DNA from: Lingula anatina
Lineage: Eukaryota > Animalia > Brachiopoda
NCBI GenBank assembly: GCA_051362555.1
Contig: CM120644.1
Coordinates: 18,498,534-18,562,533 of the forward strand
Reading direction: 5' to 3'
DNA length: 64,000 nt
The translations under genes and the position numbers were made by a program. The notes beneath the pieces were generated by a model that saw only the letters and a program-made list of their open reading frames with translations, was not told the DNA's origin and ran no database searches. Shown one piece after another: positions 1-17,724 of the stretch; positions within the stretch are counted from its first letter, which is position 1, and each line of letters opens with the position of its first letter.

Positions 1-15
1 CATCTCTTTTTACAG

Positions 16-982
16 AAAGAACAGTCTGAAAACAAAAAGTTGCAGAAGAAAATTGAAGAACTGGAGAAAGCAGTGCAGGATATGGAGGCAAAGTTTGAGT
101 AAGTTGTTAAATACCCACGGCTGCCTTAACCAAAAGAATTAAGACTTAAAGTTGGTCTCAACTTTGAAAACTTAAAATTGTGACATAATTCAATTCAGTA
201 TACAAACAATGTACATGTATATATTGGTCTACTAAAATCAAGTGATTATCAGTGTAAAATATTATAATATTTAAAATAAAAACAACCACAATTATTTGTT
301 GAAGTGAACTACAAGTGTTTTAACAGTTGAGACCACCTTGAGTCAAAAAAGGCTAAAAATGTTAGTCTTAAAGTTAGAACCCTCTGTGTTAATCAGCAGA
401 ATTCAGTCTATTACAAGTAGAAGGCTACAGTGATTATGTTGGAGTCATACAGGTCCCATGTAAAAATAAGGGATGGGGGCAGGCACTGTGTATGGCTAAA
501 TTTCCTCTCTCTATCTTGGGAGAGATATCTCAGATTTTATCTCAGCACACTGTTTCATGGTTCTTTTTTTTTTTCATGTAGGCGCGAAGCAGCCATGGTG
601 AATGCGAATCTCCGAGTGAGAAAAATGCAGGAGGAAATGGAGGATGCTGTGGAGAGAAGAGATGAACTGGAAAAGGTAAAATTTGCCTGAAAATAATTAT
701 GTAAGAATTTACTATAAGTGTGAGGAATTTGGTCTTGGTTATCAGAAAAGAAAGGCAGAGGATTGCTAAGTTAAAAACCTTAAATAGTCTTATTTGTAGC
801 TATTAGGTTAAGCCTTGACATTTTGAAGATCTTTGAATATGCTGTTGAACTTATCCTGTTATTTTTTATATTTAATTATTTTTTCTTTTCTTCAGGAGTT
901 TGAAGCCTACAAGAAACATTCCAGCTCACTTCTGCAGAAAGAGAGAGAACTCAATGCAAAGCTGAGACATTTAATGGGATGA
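16..982 (+). CDS. 3' end (last three coding exons) of a coiled-coil protein gene; 5' part lies upstream of the window
   Basis: Exons 16-98, 582-675 and 896-982 have AG/GT boundaries and consistent phases. They give KEQSENKKLQKKIEELEKAVQDMEAKFE-REAAMVNANLRVRKMQEEMEDAVERRDELEK-EFEAYKKHSSSLLQKERELNAKLRHLMG*, an E/K/L-rich heptad pattern. Family not recognised. Confidence 0.75.
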
Positions 983-2989
983 CAAAACTAATGAACTTGT
1001 GGTCATTACATGCACTTATCAGCTCACAAGAATTTTTTCAAGTGATGATGGTATTTGTTAGAAAGAGGGAGAAATAGGACTAAAGCTGAGAAATGTGATG
1101 GAATGAAAAAGGAAATCTTTGCTCTTTGCTGTTGGTAGTTTTGTTAATGACTTGAGACAGCTGTTTGTATTGAATGAGAATTCTATAGTCAGCAGCCTAT
1201 TCCAGAAAGGCTTATTTCCTGTTCTAGAAGGGAAATGGTCTCTCATGTACAGTGCCTAATGTTAATGATTGTAAATACTGATTGTCAATCTTAAAGTAGA
1301 CAGGACATACCAAGAAACAAACACCTTTCACATCAACATCTTCAGTGAATGGTTGATGGTGTCATCCTTCCATAAAAATTTGTGATTTTCATGTTAAGTC
1401 ATCTTTCATATTGCAAGATACCTAATTCTTATTGGACCTATGACGCATGCATAATTTGCTCTTCATATATTTTTTTCAAATTACATTTTATACGTATTAT
1501 TATTATACTGTTTTTCTATAAACAGATACAGTACTATTTATGGTACCATATTTGCACTGCTGCCTTATTATATTTAAAAGAATGTTCATCCGTTCAATCA
1601 TAACAATTTCATGAACATGCAAAACAGTCCTGCTAGATATTTTCTACAGTCACTGTAGATGATATGCCGTGTACTTTGTGCCTTTAAAGTTAGATGTTGT
1701 AATGTTAAGGAAAGGCATTCTAAATGTTAGTATGCAAAAGTTTCTTTTTTATGGTTATTTTTCTTTTCTTTTTTTTTTTTTTATACACACTTGCCCATTT
1801 TTAGCTTGACAAAACAATCAAGTTTTTTAAAAGGGGTCAAGTCTAGTTTGAGTGTGCCTTCCTATGTTGGTTATCCAGACCAACTATACTGCATTTAGTT
1901 GCATATGTTTAATGAGACAACATATTACAAAACTGTTACATTAATTATGAAGTCATTCATATATATGTGCTGTCACGTCACATTTGCTGATATCTAGTAA
2001 ATGGAATATGGCACATGATCTATTTGCACGTTCTAAAAGAATCTAAACAATTTGTTGATCTTGTCATTAGCAAATAAAAAGAATGGCAATGTTCAAGGAT
2101 TCTCTTTGTTGGGAGTTGTGCCCTATTCAACAAACTAACATGATTGTAAAAAGCAGGCTACAAGCTCCAGTATCTAGTGAAATAGTGGCCTTGCTCAAGA
2201 AGGGGCATTTAAACCAGCTTCTGACTGAGAATTTCCAAGTTTCTGCATTGAATAGGTGGGCCTCATAAAAGTAGATGTAAATACCAGGACAAAATTGGAA
2301 TTATATTAGTTTAAATGTCTGCCAAGAATCCCATTAATTTAAATATGATTCAACATGAAAGATTTTTTTTTTCTGGACAAGAAACTTTATTGAATACTTT
2401 GTCCAACTCACAATCCATCACAAAACAATGGCAGCATCTGGCTGGCTTTAATAAAACACACACAGACAAGACCAGGGTGTCTAAGAGACTGGATATTAAA
2501 TTAACAGAAACTTCAGACCGCCTTTGGCAAACCGAGTGCCGCTTAGGAAAAAAAAAAACTATTTTACAATTTTCTAAAAAATACCAAAAGTTTCTATAAT
2601 TCACTGCATTTCTGTCTTGCTTTCAGTGTGGGCAGTTTTCCTCTAGGATGCCTCAAAATCATAAGTCGATATAACAGGACTGAACATTTCTTGCAGAAAA
2701 AACTTCCACTTTAGGTATGATTTCCCATTCCCTAGATGAAAACTGCCACTCGTGTCCCTCTCATTAACCTCTGTCCAACCAAATCAAATCCTTGTGCAAA
2801 AAATATTCAAGCTGTGTCCTTCTTTTACAATCAATGAAACAAGTAAATCTTTCAGTGCTGCTGTCCATCTTTATAATACAATTCCCACATTTTTTTCACT
2901 GAACAATTTCTAATTTTCATCGTGGAATACTATATGAAACAATAAGTAACCTAGATGTATTGTTTTAAGTCCTATGGTATAATTGCAGG

Positions 2990-8389
<5,400 letters not shown>

Positions 8390-8392
<3 letters not shown>

Positions 8393-8422
8393 GGCGGACC
8401 GGCTTGTGGAGCGTCACGTGAC
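8390..8422 (-). promoter_or_regulatory. ATP5F1B proximal motifs: palindromic E-box GTCACGTGAC and YY1-like CCGCCAT over the start codon
   Basis: GTCACGTGAC at 8413-8422; the minus strand reads CCGCCATG at the ATG. Function is inferred. Confidence 0.45.
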
Positions 8423-9462
8423 ACCGCAGTGACTTGTGGGTAGGAAAGCGGTGCCCGGATGTCACAACTGTGGCGCAGCAAACACAATTTAGAGACGCAC
8501 CCACCTGTAAGCATTTTAGATGGGGCCTAAATTTTAGACTGGCCTACCTTACAGACTGTAGAAATTTATGCTATTTTGACAGCTCGACATACCACTAGGC
8601 CAAATTCTTGTAAAAGTGTTTCAATATCCTATCTTAAATTAATTACTTGATATTTTACATTTTCGCAGAATTTTACCCTGCAGTCATTGATCACTGCTAA
8701 ATTGGCTGTAGTGCGTAAATGTGGTAGATCGATATATCCGCTATCCGCTACGATATGTGACATTTTGGATTAAAATAGAGAAAATAGAACAGAACAGAAC
8801 AGGCGCTGAAAGAATGTTCTAAAACTAATGTTGCTGAAATTCGATAGTACGCAGAGCCTATAGGCCTACTAGTAGGCCTACATGGGGTTTTCATCGGCAA
8901 CAAAATTTGATTTTTTGTAATAATTTTAAGATCACACTGAAAGACTGCTTACTTCAAGGAAGGAATGATCAGTCACAAAACACTCCTAAAGGTGGTCCCA
9001 TTGGGTATGTTTGTTTTTCGTGAAAACGCTTTTTATTTCCTGAGATTCGTGAAACGTCTAGCTATATTGGGCCCTATTTAGCGTGATCCGTGACGAGCCC
9101 CACGTGGAGATGGCTTTTTATTCTTCTTCATCCCTAGAAGCCATGACAATGGGTGATTCGTGATTTTCAAATCGTATTTTCCGCCTTTTCAATAAATAAG
9201 ATATGAATAAATTTGTCACGGTTTAGGGTCGTCATTATCAGTTAACTTAGGTGCGGTTTTGCACTCTCTCGAAATAGAAAGCTCAAAATTATTCTCCTTA
9301 AAAAAAAGTATTGTATTTCTCGTCTTGTCTGGAAAAGCATTTGAAAGCTGTGCTTTTTTCCTAGATCCCCACAATTCAGGTAACATATGCCTTGGATGTC
9401 ATGCAAAATGGTTAATCATTAAAATTTTTTCTCAGGGAAGAGATGAAAAAGCATGCATGTGA

Positions 9463-9697
9463 AACTAGAAAAGCACTCCGAGAGCGCAGACCTCCGCCAA
9501 GGCAGCAGTTTTTGATTAATATTGATTGATTATTGATCCGGATCACCACCAAAAACTAATCATCTCTTCCTTGGCCCACTTCTGAAAGTTCCTGAAAATT
9601 TCATCAAAATCGGTCCATAACTTTTTGAGTTATGTTGATGACAGACAGACAGAAAGACAGACAGACAGACAAACAAACAGGGGTGAAATCATAACCT
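9463..9697 (-). mobile_element. Non-autonomous Helentron-type element (HINE/DINE-like)
   Basis: Subterminal ACCTCCGCCAAGG motif, terminal hairpin (gcactccgagagcgc) and a (GACA)n microsatellite. An inverted homologue lies at 33486-33853. Confidence 0.7.
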
Positions 9698-10837
9698 TAA
9701 TGAAAACCCTGTTTTGTTTCAGCTCTCCTCTTCACCTGCACCCAGGGGAAATCACATCACACATAACTTTGTAAACAGCTCCCAGGCTTTCTATCAGAGC
9801 GCAGATCTAATTAATTAAAATCTTAGTTTCTGTGCATTAACAAGTTTTTATGCTAAGCTTGTCATTAGCTATCCTGAAACGGCAAGTGGCGTGATTGGGA
9901 CAGATATATTACTTCTATTGAATCCCCCTGCCTTACTTGGTTAAACATTATACTCCAAAACGTGACATGAGAATATTACTGACATCACGGTAAGTCAGAT
10001 GAAAAACCAATATTGTGACTTCTCTCAACAAGTTATTCCAGTCTTCCGATGCACTTAAAATTATAGAGACCCCTGGCAATTTTAAGAAAGAATTTAAAAC
10101 TTTACCTTTAAATATTCATAGCTAAAACCACTGGATTTTAAACTGATTTACTGCGGTCGGCTAAAAGACACAACCATTTTATACAAATGTAAATGCCAAA
10201 CATCACTTTAAATTCTTAATAGGTTTACCCTACCAACGCATAAGTATTGATATCCACTAAGGAATTTCTACGTGCATGAAGTGATATGTTTTACTTATAG
10301 TCAGATCAGGTGGATTCGGTTATTCCGTGGTCAGTCTCACATGTAAGTTAAAATCACTGCCGTTCTGGCTAGGATTAGATGTTTGTGGTTTGACTAAGGA
10401 CCCGTTCAGAGTAGAAGATCCGGGTATCAACTGGTCCAAGGCTTAAATATGGCGGACTTACATGAAAGGAAGACCGCTTAATTTTTTAATGGTCTCTCCG
10501 CCTCTCATACGCCTCCCCACTCGTCGTCCCTGCAGGGGCACAGTAATTAAATGTCGGCTCCAGTCGACCAGACGCGTGGAGAGGCGTGTGAGAGGCGGAT
10601 CAGTCGGCTCTCCTTTCATGTAGGGTCCGCCAAATTTGATCCGTGGTTCAGAAGATCCTTGGATCTTCTATCTATAGAGTATTCTGTAGAGTATAGAATT
10701 ATATGTCCTCATCAGGGCCACAGACTGATTTTTCACTAGATATTAACAGATATGTCTCTGGTTAAATAGGTAATCTCGCCTCAGCAAAAATGTCCACAGA
10801 ATAATATCTGCGGCCCTGGTAGAGGATAGGATTATAC

Positions 10838-11062
10838 ACCCCATTTCCATAGATTTTTAGATCGATCTATCCCTGTGGGGAGTCTCATTAGATTACTGTC
10901 AGCTTGGCCGGCTTAAGCGTCTGTCCCGCCTACTAAAAGCTGTAAGGGGGTAATTAATTATGGTGCCCGCTTGGCTGACTGCAATTTAGCGTGAACCCCC
11001 AGGGAGTTAGGTCGATCTAAATCTTAATCTTAAGATCGATCTAAATCTCTGGGAAAGCACCC
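10838..11062. mobile_element. MITE family A (GATCGATCTA-containing, Tourist/PIF-Harbinger-like)
   Basis: Highly similar to 20096-20310 and to the reverse complement of 61086-61298; internal inverted symmetry. Confidence 0.75.
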
Positions 11063-12476
11063 ATAGACTTTATTGCGTTGTTGTGATAAATAGAAACATG
11101 AAACTATTTATGTGATTCATTAATCCAGGATATGAAAGAAAACTGAATAAAACATGCCACGGTGTTACATACTGTAAATTGAATTGGCACGTGGTTCATT
11201 GTAACAATCACACTTTTATCTAAATAACAAATTTGTAGGAAACGCCCCAGGCGGCATTATTTTGAAACAAAAATGAGAGGTTACATAAGGAAAAATTAAT
11301 CACTTTTACGAATACTGAGAGCTAAATGTCAAATGTGTTATGTTTGCAATGGGTGAAACGTGGCCTACTTAATGAGGTTAAAAACACAGACTCACAATAA
11401 CACTCTTCTTCCTTTAAAAATATTATTGCGTGTGTCGGTTAGGTGAATTTAGCGCAGAAGGCTTCTCCAACATTGCAAATGATAATAATAAAATTGCTAC
11501 CCCAACTAACCCCGACCTGTAGTAATCATATGGTAGCCCACACTTCCATTCATAGGACTTGCATTCCTGTTACACCGGTAACTGTGGCAATTTGAAAAAG
11601 TACTGATCGGGACTGACTGGTAGGTAACCAAAAATGAATTAAAATAAACGTATTTAGCAATGTATTTTTTCTTCTAATATTTCCTTGTATTTATAACTTT
11701 AAAAAATTAAAACATTATTTAATGTTATTTAACTTATAATGTACTTGCAGTTCCCCTTTTTCAAATTTAGGCCTACTTATGTTTTCTCAGTCATAAAAAA
11801 ACTGGTTATCTGGACTAGAAAAATACTTCAGTTTTCTTGGTTGAAATGCTACTGAATTTCACAATTTTGCTTCAAATTTTCAAACTTTTCTAGGAGGAGT
11901 TCCCCCAAATCCCCATTCGCGGAGCCCCCCCCCCCCCAACCCACCTTCCTACCCACACCACCCTCTGAAAATTAGGCCCCATTGAGTAAGATAAGCCTTT
12001 AGGAGAGAGGAATTAAAGGTTTTAAAAATTTTATTCGTCTTTTCTGTTGTGTAATCAAAACAATTTACAAAATACTAATTAACAGTATTATACGTACATG
12101 ATTATGTGGTTAAAAAAAATGGCCACTTCTTCTATGCACATACAAAGGAAACGATGTTTTTATAACCATACTCTGTTTTAATGTCTAAAAAATTTAGTTC
12201 CATTTTTTATCTTGGTGGAGCTGTAAGTACTGTTAGGAAAACTTGAATTACAATCATTCAGTTCTTGATTTTTTCAAAATTTATTAAAATAGATGTTTGT
12301 GGCGGATATTTTATTAATCGTTCTGAAATGCTGTAAGCTTAAGTTATAAAGTCGTCTCATATATGTAAGGAAGTGAATAGTTCGTTCCATAGAGTCGGCT
12401 GTATAGTGGGCTACTTCAAAATGAATCGTGAAACTTGAGGGAAGTATTGAAGCAGCCGGTGGTTTGCAGCAGTCCT

Positions 12477-15282
12477 CTAGCCATTGTCAACAATATTGCG
12501 GACGCTGCTGTTTGCAGTCAGAGGACCCATCTCCAGCTGTTCTTCAGCCAACACTTCCTACAGTACCACGACGAAACAAAACAAATAAATAAATAAAAAA
12601 AAACAAACAAACAAAAAAAAAAAAAAAACGCTGCATATAATTAGTCAGTTAACTATATCTCAATATTACAAACTTATAATGTTACAGTGACACCTTTTTC
12701 CATTACAATTTAACATGTAAGCTACAGAGTCACTGACATTTGGTTATTTTGACTTATATGCATGTACAATTTGTTTGAAGTCCGTGAAGGTTCACTCTCA
12801 TATACCAGCGAGTATTTACTTTAATATGTTTATTGGAAGTGGTCAGTGTAATAAAACCAAGCGTTACCTGAGCAATGTCTAAAATGGGAGAGGTGATCAT
12901 ATCGGTTGGAAAATTATTCACGTAGTAGTCACAGAGCCAACTGAATTTAAACAGATAAATAAATTAATATAACATTATAGCAGATAAATGAATATAGTGA
13001 ACATATTAATAAAATAGATTAAATACAAAAATAAAATATATATAAGAAAAAAACAAATAAATAGTGAAAATTAAGATATGGCTTTAAAATTTTTATCAAA
13101 GTGTTAGCTACAAGGAATCTTTCAGGAAGAAAAAAACATTGATGAAATTCGTACCGATGACTTAAAAGACCAGTCATGCTATCAATTCTTTGGTCCACTT
13201 CGCTGAAATGAAATAAAGAGAAATAGTTCAATCTGTGTTGAAAGTTCAATACGAGACCAGCTGGGGATAATGGAAACTGAAGACAAACGGTTTCTAAGGA
13301 GTTAGCAAGACTTATTTTGTAAAGTACATTGTGCACTTTTGTGTCTTTAGACAGGCCAATGCTTAAGAGGCTAGAAATAGAGTTGTTCACGGCATTTCAT
13401 TTAAGTATTTGTTTACCAGACTAATCTGTCAATCAAATCTCTGAAGACATGCTCTGTGTCTGTGTAGATGATGGTGCCTTGGAGGATTTTCATTCTGGCT
13501 TCGGCTCTAGTTGGTAATTCGATCCAAAGTGGGTGCCTAAATAAATTGACTAAAATTATGTTTTCCAACACTTCCTACTATTCTAAAACTCTAAATTATT
13601 ATTATTATTATTTTTTTTTTTTGGGGGGGGGGGGGATTACTGTTTTCACTCTTAATTTCCTGTACACACTACTAGCAGCTCTAAAGAAAGGGGGGGGGGG
13701 CTAATTAGAACTACTGGTATGAATAACAGTTCAGTCATTTTTCACAAAACTGTATCCTTTTTCTTACCTTCCCTCCATCAATTCAAACAAGAGAACACCC
13801 AAGGCGTAGTAATCGGCCCTCCACGAGGCGGCGCCACCCCTCAGCACCTCTGGGGTCATGTTCTTGTATAGGGTGAAGTTCATTAACTCCACCCCGTGGA
13901 CACTTTCCCCGGAAGCATTGAGAGGGTGAACGGACCCCAAATCACACTGGAAAAAAGAAATCTGCATTTATAATTGAAAAAAAAGGGATGCTCTGGTTAC
14001 CAAAACGAAAATGTTGATTACATCCATAGTCTTCTTTTATCAGTCTAATACAAAATCATATTTTTACCGGCCATAGCATATTTTCATTCAGATTATGACA
14101 CATCGGTGACACACGTAGTTATATCAGGTACGTATAAATGAGCCTTAGCGAAGAGCGAGACGGTATCCGAAATCAGGCCCGACAAAGGAACGTTACAGCA
14201 AGAAGAGAAAAATAATCTGACTTTTATTTATTTACTCCGATAGACAAAACCGAGCCACAACAAAGTGGACATCTTACTAGTTTGGGAATCCCGTGCACAC
14301 TTATCAACACGTTGTTCGTTTTTATATCGAAGTGGGCTACGTGCCGTTGGTGCAAGTGCCCAATAGCCATACAGAGGCACGTGGCAATATATTTCAACAT
14401 CTGAAGAGGAACTTCGTCCCTAAGAAATAAATAAAACCAACTGTCAGTACGATATTTCTGTTAACATTTAAAGAAAAATATTTTGTTGAATAACGTATTT
14501 TTTATGAAACGATATTTTTAGGATCGAACAAGATAAAATCAGAAAAAATGAAAGGATTATTTAAAGAAAAGAAAGAATAGAAAAAGAAAGAAAATAATTA
14601 TTTACAAGAATGTTTCCCAATACTCCCGGAGAATTTCCAGGTCCATTGGACATAACTCCGACAAAAGGACAGGAAAATCAGGTCTTAAGTCAAAGGAGTG
14701 AACGAGTCTGGAACGGAAATTTTTCATATCAGACTGAGATAAACTAAATCGGGTGGACGAAAGACTGAACCTGTACAGAATAATTTCTCATTATATGATA
14801 AATAATTGAGAATTTACAGTCACCGTTTATGACGTTTTTATCCGTCCAGTTTGTTCTTATTCTCATTCAATTTATCATTATGATATTGTGAAAGATGTTG
14901 ATAATCTAAGTGCCAAACTTTTAACGAGGTAAAGAGATAATTATTTGGCGTATATCATAAAAGACATCCGTGCTTCATAGGCATGTAGGCTTACAAATTA
15001 ATCAGCATATTAAGTAGTTTGTATTCAACTGACAAGATACCTCAAGATAAATTTGCTGTCTATCCTCTTCATAAAAGAAACTTCTCTGTAGATGGACCTT
15101 GCATAGGCCTCGGAGGTTGGCACCTTTAATGCCAGGTTATTTTTAAACTAAACGTAAAATATTTCGAACAGTTAGTGGAATGTCACATACGTAAATAATC
15201 ATAACAAAGATAAACTGGTGACATTACTACGTGATTAATGACTGTAAACATATTGTTTTGCTGCTGCTGCCGCTTTAAACAT

Positions 15283-15350
<68 letters not shown>

Positions 15351-15535
15351 CTGTCATGTAGGCCTATGTGTGCACCAATGCTACTATTATTGCAACTATT
15401 GCTACCCGCTATCCCAGTATCACTTTAGTTTGTTTTTCATAAGTTCAATACCTTGTACACTGCACCGAATCCTCCACCTCCCAAAATCGGAAGCATCGTG
15501 TCTTCCTTCCAAAAAAGAGCCCGAACCTTAGACAT
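12477..15535 (-). CDS. Divergent stand-alone Ser/Thr protein kinase, 9 exons, about 332 aa (N-terminus may extend)
   Basis: Exons 15535-15452, 15147-15041, 14770-14606, 14419-14278, 13946-13768, 13536-13417, 13202-13155, 12940-12868, 12557-12477, all GT-AG with matching phases (999 nt). Motifs in order: LGGGGFGAVYK, LALK, YREVSF, LLSELC, HLHQRHVAHFDIKTNNVLI, KLCDLGS, MTPEVL, ADYYALGVLLFELMEG, QRIDSMTGLLSHRWL. Confidence 0.85.
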
Positions 15536-16091
15536 TGAATAAAGGGAAATTGATAAAAAAACCCGTAAAATTCTGGCTTTAAATTCGCTTTTATCTGTTA
15601 TGTTAGTTATGATATTATTGAAACTATCTATTGAAACTATCTTATAAATAAATTTACCAGGGCTTACGTTTTAAATTGAATCTTCTTGGCAAATGAAATT
15701 ATCAAAATTAGTAAAATAGATGCTTAAATAAAATGGCCCTATTACTTCTAAAACTAAACTTTAAAGACGCCTCACGGAATCTTAATTTGATTAATAAGAA
15801 ACAAAGTCATCAATGGCTGTAGTGGTGGTGATGTACAGATACGTATATTGATACCATCAGTCGAGTTTTCGATTTTTGTTCCGCTAACAAGCAATATCTT
15901 ACCTCGTTTTCGAGTTTGAATGTTTCTCTGTAAAAAATATACATGTAACTGTATTTCATGCCTAAAAAGGCCATATGTGACGCAACTATCATTGTGTATT
16001 TTGTCTATTATACTCAGAAGAAAATCACCGTATTCACTTCGCTTGCGCGCAGCATATCTCCAATAGCTTGTGTGTTACCTGGTAACGTCGG

Positions 16092-16147
16092 CACGTGCAA
16101 ATGACGTCACAATATGGTTTGCCTTTTAAGGATATATTTATCACGTG
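16092..16147. promoter_or_regulatory. CRE palindrome flanked by two E-boxes upstream of the kinase
   Basis: CACGTG at about 16092, TGACGTCA at 16102-16109 and CACGTG at about 16142, in a CpG-rich patch about 570 bp upstream of the kinase ATG. Confidence 0.4.
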
Positions 16148-16673
16148 AAATATGCATGCGCCCTAAATGCTTTGCTTTGGTAGATCTAGGCTTATCTTTT
16201 TTTAATAAATGAAGAGCTATTAGGCTGTTTATAAATAGGCATGACTTAAAAGTCAGTATAGATCAGCAAGATATAAAATTGATAATGTCTTGTATATTGA
16301 AAAAGAATATCAGAAAATTTCGAGAACACGACCCTAGAGTGGTTTAAAGAAAGTTTATTTTGCGCCGGGAAATAATGACATGATGAAAATTTCAGATAAT
16401 TATTAGTGCAAACAACATGGAAAGTTTATTGCTTTTACCAACTTTTGCACAGTTGTATAGCCTCCTGAGTAGCCTAAGTTACTCGGTTCACGTATCATTT
16501 TAAGTTAATGTGTGAACAAGAGACAAGATACCAGGATTATCAACGAACTCAATGTAGGCCCTACCTCCTTTTTGGGAGTTCACCCCCCCCTCCCCCCCCC
16601 CCTCCGTATGACGTTTCATATAACGACAACTTTTGGAGAAAATATATCATTATCGTATTGAAAAAGTGTGCAT

Positions 16674-16755
16674 CGCTGCGAGCAGGGTTCGAACCTGCGC
16701 GGGAATATCCCATTGGATTTCGAGTCCAACGCCTTAACCACTCGGCCATCACAGC
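16674..16755 (-). tRNA. tRNA-Ser(CGA)
   Basis: GCTGTGATGGCCGAGTGGTTAAGGCGTTGGACT-CGA-AATCCAATGGGATATTCCCGCGCAGGTTCGAACCCTGCTCGCAGCG: 82 nt, long variable arm, A and B boxes, followed by a T5 terminator. Confidence 0.96.
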
Positions 16756-16844
16756 TCCATATTAATAAATAAATAAATAAATAAATAAATAAACAAGTTA
16801 ATTAATCTATATAATTTCATTGCAAAAGGGAAATGAGCTCTAAA

Positions 16845-17132
16845 TACCCGCAAGAAAATACAGTAGTATCGAAGTAGCAAGGAAGCATTAACGCAGTAGT
16901 GGTGTGGAGCATATTTGCAGTAGAAATGCAGTATAGCCTACTGCAACTCTACTTCAAAAATTACATAGGGTTGTACAGAGGAGGAGCATTAATGCAGTAG
17001 ATTAGCAGCATGATAGAAGCATGTTTCAAATATGCTAATTAGATCCCACATCGGAGCAGATTTGAAGCATGTTTGCAGTATGATTGCAGTAGTCTACTGC
17101 ACTGGAGTATCTACTTCGTTTTCGTGCGGGTA
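16845..17132. mobile_element. TA-flanked MITE between the two tRNA genes
   Basis: Termini TACCCGCAAGAAAA...TTTTCGTGCGGGTA, with internal short gcagtag/gaagca repeats. Confidence 0.6.
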
Positions 17133-17642
17133 GATTGTAAAAAAGGAAGTTTTGAGTTTTACCGTTTGGCAAAAGGCTTAATATTCTTTCTTTTTTCTTT
17201 TTGCCTATTAGAGCAGCCTATTAGAATTAAATAATGAAATTAAAAATGTAATAAAACACTATAAGATAAGATAAAGTAAATAAAACCAATGTATATATAA
17301 GATATACAATATCAAGAATAAATCGCCCTGTTAGAGTGTCGTTGTATTAGAAACTGTAAACGTTTTATGGAGGGAAACGGCTGGAGGATAAAAGCAATAT
17401 GAATATCCTTTACTTGCCTTAAAATCTAAAAAGAAAATTGTAAAAGGCTGTCGCCATGATTCGCCATCTTAAATTCTTAAGAGGATCCAAATGCAAGGAT
17501 TGGTCAAACAATAATTCGTTGGCAGGAGAAAATTGCTTTTTCCTCGTGGAATTTTGGCGAGTAAATCTTGTAAAAAAAAACTTTCGTAATTAAATAAATT
17601 AATTTATTTTTAAATTTATTGAATTAAAAGCTATTAACAACA

Positions 17643-17724
17643 GCTGTGATGGCCGAGTGGTTAAGGCGTTGGACTTGAAATCCAATGGGATCTTCCCGCG
17701 CAGGTTCGAACCCTGCTCGCAGCG
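17643..17724 (+). tRNA. tRNA-Ser(TGA)
   Basis: 82-nt cloverleaf with anticodon arm TTGGA-CT-TGA-AA-TCCAA and a T-run terminator just downstream. Confidence 0.96.

Noticed and set aside
12270-12476. Open stretch in a shifted frame after the kinase stop codon (possible frameshift extension)
   Set aside because: No recognisable motif or slippery site; the kinase domain is already complete, so it is treated as 3' UTR.
15660-15992. Upstream donor sites (15902, 15667) as extra kinase coding exons
   Set aside because: No stop-free phase-compatible assembly was found; they may be 5' UTR exons.
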